The notes below the pieces were generated by a model. It had not been told where the DNA came from, did not search any database, and saw only the letters and a list, made by a program, of their open reading frames with translations. From the NCBI GenBank assembly GCA_016748015.1, contig JAAOMT010000543.1:542491-606490 (forward strand): a DNA stretch of 64,000 nt, written 5' to 3'. Source of the stretch: Geosiphon pyriformis uo1. Lineage: Eukaryota > Fungi > Glomeromycota. Position numbers and translations under genes: made by a program. The number at the start of each line of letters is the position of its first letter. The stretch's first letter is position 1. This document shows, piece after piece, positions 1 to 11,319 of this stretch.

Positions 1-474
1 GGTGGCCTACACAAGGTTGTAATTTAAATTTTCTCGCATTTTTTTTTCTATTTATTAATCTCTTCAAACATCAATTTTTAGCTTATGGCGTTTCAAAAAT
101 TGGAGTCACCGGACTGTCGCGTATTCTCGCTCGTCGTTTTGCTAGCGAAGGCAAAAATATTTTAGTAAATGCGTGTTGTCCTGGATGGGTATGGTTTTAA
201 ATGGTTCCATTTTATTCATTAAATGTAATTACAGACTTTGATTTTCTTCAAATTCTAGGTGAGAACTGACATGACGAACCCCAATGCTCCTTTAAGTCCG
301 GGTATGTTAAATATAATTTTTATTGTCTGAAGATGAAGCCTAATTAAAATTCTGGTTTGTTGTACCACAGATCAAGGTGCAGAGACACCTGTATTTCTCG
401 CTTTAGACGAAAAGATTGTTCCATCATCACCAAATGGGGAGCTCTGGAGCTTGTTAAAGATTCATAAATGGTAA
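1..474 (+). CDS. Carbonyl reductase (CBR1-like short-chain dehydrogenase/reductase), 3' part, spliced; 5' end lies outside the window
   Basis: Manual splicing over three GT-AG introns gives WPTQ-AYGVSKIGVTGLSRILARRFASEGKNILVNACCPGW-VRTDMTNPNAPLSP-DQGAETPVFLAL...IHKW*. It carries the YxxxK catalytic motif and the NACCPGWVRTDM signature of CBR1-type SDRs. Stop TAA at 472-474. Confidence 0.9.
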
Positions 475-2233
475 AGAAGGGTCGAAAATTCAAAGAAGGA
501 ATCAATTTAATTTAAAAATTTTAGGAAGTTGTATCGTGTACAAATATATTCTGACTATTATTACTTAACATATGAATAATAAAGGCAAAACTTTCAAGTA
601 ATAATTTGATTTTTTCAAATTTTGACTAGACAGTACTGACCATTCAAGATTCGGCTTTGTTTAAGAATAAAGGTGTTATATTTCTCATTACTAATTTAAG
701 TCACAAAAAATATTTGTAATTATAATTGTTTTTTAAATTAAATTATTTTTTAAATGATAATTTTTTTAATCAAATTAATTGATTTTTATTTAAAATTCAA
801 ATTGTTAAAACTTCTAATTTTAATAATTGATTTTAAGCATCATTAAAATATATTTATGAAAAAACTTATTTATATACAAAATAAAAAATATTATATTTTT
901 AAATTTTAATTTTAATTTACCTTGTAGTTTTAATATATACATATTTTATTAATTTATTATATATAATCTTTATTTATTTTTTTAAAAACAATTATTTGTT
1001 ATAATTAATTACTTTTTTAGTTAATTAACATTATATTTTTTTATTTATATTATAAATTGAAATTTTTTAACATTAATTTTATATTAAATTATACTTTACC
1101 AATAGTTAAATATATATTGCTATTTTTATTTGCAATTTGATTATAAATTCACATTTGTAATAAATTTTAAATTTTAAATGGCTTATTTACTACTTTTCAT
1201 TTATATTTTTATATTATTTTTTGAATTTACAGAAATTGTGTAATAAACAGAAAAGAAATAATACAACTTTGCTTCAAGATTTTGTTTTTACCAAATTTTG
1301 CAAATATTTTTGCTTAACATTAATTATTTGTAATAATAAATTATTTTTTAAAAAACGAAAATTAGCAATTTTTAATGTTTTTTATTTATTTTATAAAGTT
1401 ATTAAAGATTATTATAATCTATAATTTTTTTAAATGATATTGATTTCATAATATTTAATATTTTTTAATATTTTTTATGAATAAATTATTTTGTTAAAAT
1501 AGTTTAGTTTATTGCATTAAATTTATTGAAATATTGTTTTTTGTTGTATTTTGTAATTTGAAAAACATATTAATTTTTTAGTAAATAGATAATGAATTTA
1601 GAATTAAAACTTATTTGTTACATAATTGTAATTAAATAATAATAATAATAAGTATTATTTAGTTACAACTAATTGAAAAGCAAATTTTTAATTATAATAA
1701 TTAAGTAAAAACTTATTTAAATTATTTGAATATCAAGTGAAAAGGGTATTTTGGCGAAGAGGTTTTGTGATAAAACAGTATAAAAAATGCCATTTGTTCA
1801 ATTGAGGAAATGTTTACTTTTCACGCGTCTTATTCTCGCACGCGAATTTATTTTGCTAACTTTGCCACAATACCCCTTTTTACCTTAATTATAAAAATAG
1901 AACAAATTTATGAAATAACTCGTCAAATTTGATACTAATCTTTATCAGTAATCAATTTAAATGGTATTCATAATTAAAATCTTTGAAATAGCATAAAACA
2001 AGAAAGCATGACATTTATTTTACCAAGTTAATGAAAACAAATTCCAAGCTTTTCGATTAATCATTTGACTGTTGCAAAAGAAATTGGTATTTATATGAAT
2101 ATGCAGATTTTTTAAACCAATGAGTAACAAAGAATAGCATAATAATGTAAAATTTCTCTAATGTTAGAAATATGCAAGGACTCTAAATGAAAATAAATTG
2201 CGTGTATATAGCCACTATCATAATCTGTTGAGA

Positions 2234-5200
2234 TCATTCCAAAGCCAAAATTTTGATTGTCCCCTGACTATTAGCTGCCAAGACAGTATTTGAATTCTTT
2301 TTCCAGCAAACAGAACTTACAAATAGCGAAGGATCACTTTCAGGGACTTCTTCTCCCTAATGTACAAAGACCCATGGCAATATATGAATAAAAAATTAAT
2401 TTGATTGAAATAAATGATAAAGATTAAAAACTTATATTACCGTCACGTTATTGATACTTCCAAAGTTGAATTTGACAACAGGCTGACATAAATTTTTGTA
2501 ATATGCAAAAACAGAGTTATCTTCACTTCCACAAGCAATCCAATCGGATGTGGTGGTAAGACCAACAAAATTCTTTTCATTAATATGGCCGGTATATGTG
2601 CGGACACAAGACTGAGTGTTTGTATCCCATAATTTAAGAGTGCTGTCCGTTGAACTAGAAATATGTAAAATATAGTTAATGGTTGAAAAAAGCCAAGATT
2701 CCGATCTTTAAAGAAAGAACATACGCGGATACAAATTCGTTGGGACCTATGAATTTTACATAAGATACAGCTTTACGATGCCCTTTGTAAACAAAAACAG
2801 GTTCACGAGTTTGCCGGAGATCATAGTAATGAATGTGGTGGTCTAAAAACCAAATATTTATAGTGGATTAATAAACAAATTATTTGCGAAATTTATTATA
2901 ATCACCAATTACCTGCACTTCCAAAGGCAATATAATGGCTTATATCAGGTTTGAATTTAACACAGCAGATATTGGCTTTGCTTTCAATTGTAAAGATAGA
3001 ATGTCTTTGGTTTGTTGACCAAATTTTTACTTTTATAAAACAGTAATTCCCCAATTAATGAAAATGAATTATTAAACAAAGTTTTAGCAAAAACTAATTC
3101 TCAAGAATATTTTAGGCTTTACCTTTAGTATCGTCACTTCCACTGGCTAATTTCGTGGGATCCATTTGGCTGAAATCCACACTCCAAGCACGTTTTTCGT
3201 GCTCATCAAATGTCATCACTTGAAGCCCTGAATTCACATCCCAAAGTGACACTGCACCATCATAGTCGGCACTGACAATTTGGGCTTTAATATAGGTGTT
3301 CCATGAAAGGCAACTTTAAATGGAGAAAATAATTGATTTATTGAAAGAACAAACAGGAAAATGAGCAAAGTGTTGTGAAATATAGAAACGAACCTAATTT
3401 TACTTTTGCAAGTCATCTCTTTAATTGGATAATGCAAATATGTATCCATTGCTTTCCTATTATTAGCAGCACTATCCCTAATAGGAGATGAAATAAAATC
3501 AGGTGAAGTTGTCACCAATTGTCGTTCAATGTTACCATATTCAAATATTTTGATTTTTTTGGTAACACCAGCAGTTGCAAAATATTCGTCATCTCGATCA
3601 AATTCAATGCTAGAAACGATCGATGATGAGCCAAATAAATTTCCGTATCTAAGCGTGTTGACCAGGCGAAACTCCCCATATCTTGTAAAGGCGTTAAGTG
3701 TATCGGTAAACTTTGAAAGACCCCCGGGAGTGTTAGCTTTAAATTGTTTGAGATAATGTATTAAGTTGGGTGTTACATATAGGTATAAATGAAATGACCA
3801 ATAAAAAAAACCTGAGGGTAGTCGATAAGAGAAATAACAGTCTTCTAGATCATCAAAATGTTCCTGTACACGTTGCTTTTTAATTTGCAGCAACTTTTGG
3901 TCAATCAACCTCTGATCGGCTAAATCCGGAGAAATTCTTGTTGATTTGATTATCGTAAAATTTATCATCAAAGGTCAAGCAAAAGAAGCAAGGTCTTAAA
4001 ATAAAATCTTCACCAGGGTAAATACCTTTCCATATGATTAGCATCATTGAAAAACCAGTCTTCCTAAATAATATGGAATAAATTTAAGTTCAGTCGTATT
4101 TTGAGCTTATCAATAAGAAAGACTTGTTAACATACAGCGTGCTTTCGCTTCCGGGGGATTTGCGTTTCAGAATTTTTTTGTTGGGGTTCACCCTCTGGAA
4201 CAGCAGTCTCAGCGACATCATTAGGAACTTGAGCCCCCAAATTGTTGTTTGATGTCCCTCCTGTAATTTCTTCTTCTGCTTGTTGATTAATTTCTTTTTG
4301 CTGCAACTGCTGTTCCCCCAAAGATCGAAGTTGCTCTTGTGTCAATGCGAAATCATGATCTAAGCAATCTAATTCATTAGTCAATTGTTCCAGTTTCTAA
4401 AATTTGGATTCTCAATATGATCAGAGATAGTAAAGAAGGAAAAATGACATATATTAAGAACTTACCTTTTCCTTTTTTGTTTTCATCATTGACAAGAATT
4501 CAGATAGTACATCTAGCTCGAGCTCTTTTTCGGCTGATGCCTTTTTCTGTTTCTTGGCTAATAGTGTCATCATCACATCATCTATATCTAATAGCCAAAT
4601 TTGAATCGATGAGGAGAGGCAGAAAAAAACAAAGGGAAAGTTTGAATTATGCAAAACCTTCAAAGCTCATGTCTGTGCTCATTATTCTGTCTTTCATCTG
4701 TTTGGTTTGTAAATGTATCGTCGAATCAAATTGGCCTCCCGTTATCGCTGGAGCTTTTTCTAACAATCGGTTCACTAATGGGGAAATTTATAATGAGAAA
4801 TTATAAAAAGTTGATGAATGAAATAAAAAGTTATATGAATGAAATAAAAAGTACTTACATAAGAAGTTAGGGAATATTTGATCCCGCATTAAATACGCGC
4901 CACATGTAGGACAATCTTTCTTACGGTCTAAATGTTCAACGATGCAGACATAGCTGCAAGATAAAAAGCTTTGGTTTGAGATCATATGGCAAGTCGCTTG
5001 ACCGACAAAGCTTTACTCAATGAAGTTGATGTCAACAAAAAATCCTCTAAACTTGCCAAAACGAATGGCCGCATTTCCCCATAAAAGCTTCCTTTATAAT
5101 TTGAAGGCAAATTGGACTGGATAAAAATTATAATTACGAAAAAAGGTAAGTGATTGAAAGAAGAGATCAGTCTATGCTCGAACCATCCTTGATAGAACAT

Positions 5201-5505
5201 TATAAGTTATAATACCATAAAAAATCTTCGTTGTTCAGATTATTGTTCTGAAAACTGTCTGAGGTTGCCGACGAGGAAGTACCAGGAACAAAAAAAGCCA
5301 AATTAGAGCTGGTCTGTGGGGTCAGAGGCACGTTCTGTAAGGATGCACCAGAATTCGTCCGAACAGTGGGTGGTATTGAAAACTTTGTAACTATCAACGG
5401 CGTTTCTTCCTGTTCTTCTTTAACATGTACCGTATCTGATTTTGTCCCGGTATATCGGCTGGGGTCATCAGCGGAATTTGCTGTTTCAAAGTTGTTAGAA
5501 CGCAT
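2234..5505 (-). CDS. COP1: COP1/RFWD2-like E3 ubiquitin ligase (RING, coiled coil, WD40), multi-exon
   Basis: Spliced RING: [42 protein letters not shown]. Coiled coil: [24 protein letters not shown]. Also [11 protein letters not shown], then WD40 repeats [72 protein letters not shown], and C-terminal [18 protein letters not shown] at 5505 (first ATG of the first exon ORF); stop at 2234-2236. Confidence 0.93.
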
Positions 5506-6081
5506 AATTAAATAGATATCAAATTTGCGAAGTTGAGTCAATTATGCAAAATCAAATACACATAATTCAGTTATATATGAATTTCCCGAGCGTCTTTTAT
5601 AAATATGAGGGTATTCTGATAGTGACTAGTGGCGTTGCTCGCGTGTAAGTGGTTTCAATTATTAATTGTTAATGAGTCTACAATAGATATTGATTCATTT
5701 TTGATGCAGATCACTTGATGACTTAATATCAGTTTTTGATATTTTGATACATCTGATCAGCTGATAAGATATGCGTGAAAAAAAGACCAATCAGCTGAGC
5801 GCAATATTATCACTGGTTACAATCCGAGTTTTGAGGATTAAAATGAAAGTTTTTTGAAGAAATGGACTTTTAAAATTCGTGAAATCCATCTGTGATGAAT
5901 TAATATGAAACTAACTCACTAAAGAATATTTTCTCTCTGGAAGAGTGAAAACTTATTTATTTTAATACCAGCTTTTTTAAGAAATAATAAAAACCTTCTC
6001 AAAATAAATTAATTGAAGGTTATAACTCTTACCCCTAATTATTGTATATTAAATGATAACAGATTTTAAATTTTTTTCATA

Positions 6082-8637
6082 TTATCTTTTTCTCTGTGCT
6101 TGTCCCAGTTGATCATATAGCCAATTTAATGAATTGCCTGCTCTCATAGCTTCAAGAGAGTCTAAGATTGCTTGTTCATCAGTAAGTTCTTTAAGACGAC
6201 GTTTGATCTCTTTAACAATTTTTTTTCGGCGAATTAATCTCGCACCATTATCGGATGCCCATTTGTTCCCATATCTGGCCAACATATCTTGTATGGAAGG
6301 ATTTCCATTTAAACCGGTATTCCATTCATTCCAAACATCGTAAACGGTCTGCAGAGTCCCCAGTTCGGGAAGTCGATAATATCGAGGTCGTGCGGTTGAC
6401 GTGGATGATACAAGGGTATCAGGATATGAACTAAGAGATTTTGATATACTTCGATCATCGAAATAGCCATCAAAAGATTCTTTTTTATCTTCTTGACGAG
6501 GATTATCACGTGGGCTAATAAAATCTCCCTTATTGCGATCTTCAGCATTAACTTCAATATTAAGATTATCGACGATATCGGTATTTTTCCGATCTTCAGC
6601 TGAAGACTGGGTTTCCCTATAAATATTTATGCTTTGCGAAGGTATTACCATAGCTGGAGTCAATGAGGACATCGAATTCAGAGTTCCTCCTGAACTTGAA
6701 CTTTTAACCTCTTCTAATCCTTGCTTCTGAACAAATAAACTGTCGTGGGAGGGAGCTTCAGTATAATTATTTGTGCTTATCCCGACATAACTGCTAATTG
6801 GCGACGAGTTGTATTCTCTTTTGCGATTTGTTTCATATTCGCGTGGAGACGGTGGAATGTAACTGGAAAATGCTGTATTTACAGCGAAATCACCAATTGG
6901 CCTCGAAGTCAAATTATTTATTGATGAAGCATTAAATTGAGACGAATTCGGAGTAATGGATGACGGATTTGAATGATCAATCGGATTCGACGAATGAAGG
7001 TAAGATGCAGTCATATTATTTGGGCTTGAGGCATTAATATACGATGAAGCTACCTCAATTGGATTTGAGTTGTTTAAAATAGACATGGGAGTGTCCGTCG
7101 ATGTCGGTGAGTTAATAAAAGATGAAGGAGTCTCAATATTATTCGCCTTATTCAAAAAAGAATGGCTAAGATCCCTTGTTTGACCCAGTGTATCATTGAA
7201 AGAAGAATTATTGATGGTTGAGTTGGAAGTATTCACGAAAACTTGCATATCATCTATAGGCTTTGAAGATTCGATATAAGGCTGATGGGAAATGGTTTGT
7301 TCTAAAGGTTTAAAATAAGATGATGATGACGTATCTTTAGTTAGATTCGAGATATCCATGAATGATGAAGCACTTCCCCTTGGACTCGGCGCGTCTATAA
7401 ATGGGGATGGCTCCTGAGTGAGGCTGGAGTCTTCTTTGAAATGAGGGGCATGTTCCGTGTTTGGCAATGGCATTTGGTTCATATGATGATCATTTTGATC
7501 TGGGGAATGCGAGAAATGAGTATCTTCATTAGAGTTTGGAGGACTATTAGTCATTTGAGCAATAGGATTGAATGGCATTGCTGTTTCCAGAATGGTCGTA
7601 CCAGCATTATTTGACCCGGAATTCTCAAAAGAGCCTGCGGTTTTTTCCAAGGGATTTTCATGAGGCATTATCGACAAAGGAATTCGATCTCCATCTCTAT
7701 CAATTTCGTTATCACACTGATCTTTTGGTAAAGAGTTAGTATTTTCCGTGCTTCTCCTTGGTGGAGTAACACTTCTAGTACTCATACGGCTGGAAATTTG
7801 CGAATTAGAATTTGAGGGGTTACCAATGGAGGGTTGATTAAAAGCCTCCGTAGAAGACGGGCCTAGACTGTTTCTTCGACTTACAATAGGTGAGTTAGGG
7901 TTGGCAGTATTACTTCCTGAAGAATGGATGTCCCCTGAGCTGATTCCATTTTTCAAATTCGTATTATTGGCAATTGGATTATAATTTGGAATTGATGAGA
8001 TTTTAGGTGACATGGGAGTGAAAGTGGGTTCCATTTGCTGGAAGGTAACAGTGGCATCATCATTGGAATTATTTGCAGCTGTAGTCACTGGAACAATTTC
8101 GGTAAAAACTGAGGTAGTTGTCGCTCCATTGGTTGGATTAGTTGTGGTAACAGTGGTCAATTTGATTGTGACCGTTGTAGTTGTAGTGATATTACCATCC
8201 GGTGCAATATTTCCATTTTCTGGCATTGGATGCTGCCCTGGTAGTGATGGTGCTCCGCTGTAATGAAAATTTGGTATCGGTGTCGGCGTCGGCGTTGCTC
8301 TCGGAGGAGGAATCCTTGGTTCCGGATTCGTTCTAGCTGGTTGAGCTCGTTCATTATGAAGCCTAGAATGACCGATTATCACTTGAGGAACATCTGGAAT
8401 AATATCGTCTCGAGTTTGTTGTTCAACGCGCTCAGTCAGTTCTTGTGGCACGAAACGTTTTGGAATTGGAACTATAATTTCAGGGGAAGTATCTTCTGTC
8501 GCACTTTCTGTCGACTCTATTTCTGCAACTGCTGTCAGGTCTATCCTGCGTGGCCTAGGTTTTGTTCGGGGTGGAGCCCCATTTATATCTTGAGTTCTTT
8601 GGTCACTATACGACTTGGAGCGTGTTATCTTTCCCAT
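6082..8637 (-). CDS. Intronless S/T/N/P-rich protein with C-terminal GCR1_C DNA-binding domain (Gcr1/Msn1/Hot1-like regulator)
   Basis: 865-codon ORF, first ATG at 8637. C-terminus YRLPELGTLQTVYDVWNEWNTGLNGNPSIQDMLARYGNKW...RRKKIVKEI matches the GCR1_C pattern (TVxDxWxEWxxGxxGxPS...W...RRKxI). The rest is low-complexity and probably disordered. Confidence 0.8.
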   Translation of the reverse strand: MGKITRSKSYSDQRTQDINGAPPRTKPRPRRIDLTAVAEIESTESATEDTSPEIIVPIPKRFVPQELTERVEQQTRDDIIPDVPQVIIGHSRLHNERAQPARTNPEPRIPPPRATPTPTPIPNFHYSGAPSLPGQHPMPENGNIAPDGNITTTTTVTIKLTTVTTTNPTNGATTTSVFTEIVPVTTAANNSNDDATVTFQQMEPTFTPMSPKISSIPNYNPIANNTNLKNGISSGDIHSSGSNTANPNSPIVSRRNSLGPSSTEAFNQPSIGNPSNSNSQISSRMSTRSVTPPRRSTENTNSLPKDQCDNEIDRDGDRIPLSIMPHENPLEKTAGSFENSGSNNAGTTILETAMPFNPIAQMTNSPPNSNEDTHFSHSPDQNDHHMNQMPLPNTEHAPHFKEDSSLTQEPSPFIDAPSPRGSASSFMDISNLTKDTSSSSYFKPLEQTISHQPYIESSKPIDDMQVFVNTSNSTINNSSFNDTLGQTRDLSHSFLNKANNIETPSSFINSPTSTDTPMSILNNSNPIEVASSYINASSPNNMTASYLHSSNPIDHSNPSSITPNSSQFNASSINNLTSRPIGDFAVNTAFSSYIPPSPREYETNRKREYNSSPISSYVGISTNNYTEAPSHDSLFVQKQGLEEVKSSSSGGTLNSMSSLTPAMVIPSQSINIYRETQSSAEDRKNTDIVDNLNIEVNAEDRNKGDFISPRDNPRQEDKKESFDGYFDDRSISKSLSSYPDTLVSSTSTARPRYYRLPELGTLQTVYDVWNEWNTGLNGNPSIQDMLARYGNKWASDNGARLIRRKKIVKEIKRRLKELTDEQAILDSLEAMRAGNSLNWLYDQLGQAQRKR

Positions 8638-8857
8638 TGCAAGACTAATGAAACAAGTGTTGGAGGTTCCAACCACCAAACATTAAACGTCATCGCCCAT
8701 AATACAAGCGGAACGTAGCGTATTCTAATCTAGAACACGTGATTGCAAGTTAAAATGCTATTTATAGTTTGTCTTAAATTGTAATTAATTTGAAAATTTT
8801 AAATAAAATTAATAATAGATTAAAATATTCATAAATAAATTATTTTAAATTTAAAAC

Positions 8858-8937
<80 letters not shown>
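8858..8937. repeat. (AAT)n microsatellite abutting an inverted (ATT)n tract
   Basis: Read directly: an aataat run switches to an attatt run near 8920. Confidence 0.95.
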
Positions 8938-9189
8938 GGTATTATTAAAAAAGTTTTTATTTAGTTTGTATAATATTTATAATTTAAAAATAAAACCATT
9001 AATCTATTATATTAAAAAATTAAATTATAATAAAAACGAAATTTTATATTAATTGCAAATAATAAGATAAATAAATACTTTATACATTTTTACAACATAA
9101 AAAATATTATTGATTTTAAATATATTTATTAATTTAATTATCATTATTATTATTATTATTATTTTTAATTAAATAGAAATAAAAAAATT

Positions 9190-9529
9190 ATTCGGAGAAT
9201 TTCATATATAAGGACTGGTACGCGGAAGCGAAATGGCAAGAAAAAAAGATGGTCGAGTTGGTAAAATATCTCGTCAACTTACACCGAGAGGAGATATGGC
9301 TGATCACTGTAAAGAAGCAGAGAAATTGGGAGGACGATGTCGAATAAATAGTAAGGAACAAATCTGGGAAGGAATATGATGGTATGTGGCTGGGGCACTT
9401 CAAATGATGGCTGGTATAAGTAACACGTTCGGCGAGGAATTTTTAAAGCTAGTGTCCAATAGAAAGTTTGGCATAATGTATGAATTTTGTTTATACGTAA
9501 ATGGTCGGTGGTTGAACTACACTGTAAGC

Positions 9530-9602
<73 letters not shown>
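9190..9602 (+). mobile_element. Probable 5'-truncated 3' end of a non-LTR retrotransposon with an (AAT)n tail
   Basis: GC-richer island translating ENFIYKDWYAEAKWQEKKMVELVKYLVNLHREEIWL. This parallels the post-zinc-finger C-terminus of the LINE relic at ~53900 (KSFMSKSWFSKA...). It is followed directly by (AAT)n at 9530-9602. Confidence 0.5.
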
Positions 9603-9605
<3 letters not shown>

Positions 9606-11319
9606 ACAATAAAAAATTAATATAATTAATTATTTATAAAACAATTATTTTTGGGCCAAAAATTATTATTAAAAATTAAAAATTAAAAATTAAAAAATTT
9701 TAAGCTTAACATAGAAAAGGTTATAATGCAACAACATATATTTCTAAATATAAATTAAATATTTTTGGTTAATAAAGCCACATTAATAAAGTTGAGGCTG
9801 GGATGTAGAAAATTGGCTATTTTATTAATTAAAAGAGTTTTAACGATAATATTTTTTTCATTCCGGTTACTTTAATGCCCTTTTCAAATGCTTCTATTGG
9901 AGCAAAATTTTTTAGACATTTTTCGGTAATTTTTTTGAAATTTAATTTTTAACGGTATAATAAAAACCGTTTATTTAAATGTAAAATGATTGGGCGAAGA
10001 AGTAGCAAGATTTAAAAATTGTTTCTAGTCGGATTATTCAACTTAGATATTTGAGTTTCTTATGCATCTGACTTCCGGCTTGAGGTTTAATAATCGATTC
10101 AAAACCTTAGACTGATAAACAATAACGTATAAGGGTTTCATCTTTCAAAATTAAAAAACTAGCTTTTATACAACTTTTAGTTAAAAGGGAAGTCCAACTT
10201 TGAATTCGAAATCTTCGTTAGGGTCATGTTTCGACTGGAATTATAAAGTATAATTGATCTTCAGACATAACTAAAAAGCTTTCAAACCAAATTTTGCGGA
10301 GTAGCAGATACAAAAAATATGTATTGCCAAAATGATTTGATTGTACTGTGAGCTTTTGACAAATTATTGTCAACGACAATATTTATTTTACTTTACTCGA
10401 ACGGAATCTTGTAGTTATGAAAAGCAAAAGAATTTTGATAAAAGAATTTTTATAACCTGCGTCTGTTCAAATTAAAAAAATTTTGAGTACAAAATGCCTA
10501 TTGAATCTTTTTGAAAAATGGTAAATCCTTTGAATATATTTTCACATTTCTTGAAATTAATGTTGATAAGAATGTAAAACTAGTATTTTAATAAGAAATG
10601 TTGTTAGGTCCAATTTATCGTATGGGTCTCCCATAAGGCAGTGAAAATTTTCTTTGACTAAATTTTAAAAGGAAGAATTCATAATTAAAATGGTTGAGAT
10701 TTTTCATTTCCAAATTCGTTGTTTACTTGCCTTATTTGATAATAATATCCCAGAGAAATATTAATTTGACCAATGAAAAAAAAATATCCACGATATATCC
10801 TAATCCAAAGCCTCAATCTATCATGACAAAAAATGAAAGCACACACCCTTAATTTCGTTCTATGATTATCATAATTAAGAAAAGTTTAATTATAGTACAT
10901 TTAAAAGGAAAATAATAAAGGAATTTTTCTATATCAGTGTAGAATTTTGAAAATTCGGATTCTATAGCTAATCATTTATGTACTCAAGAAAATGTTTACC
11001 AGTTTAATAAAAACTCATTCTTTAAAATTTGTAAGAAAAAATTATTAGCATTTTAGGATTCTACAAAAGGAATATAAGTTATACAAAATTTACGTATAGA
11101 AAGGATATAGTATAAAAAATAGATTTCTGCCAAAAGAAAAACACTAATTTACGATATACATACATATATATATATATATAGTGGTATTTGCAAAATCAAT
11201 AAATTCAATTGTCATTTAAATTCACCCTTTCAAAAAGATAACGTGGTCAATTTGAAACTTGAACCTCAAGCTCATCATACAATGTATTTCAGAAATTCTT
11301 AAATCTATTACTCAATCCA

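Noticed and set aside
8012-8718. Antisense ORFs overlapping the GCR1_C gene (similar ones overlap COP1, citrate synthase and the NTPase gene)
   Set aside because: Shadow frames of genuine coding sequence.
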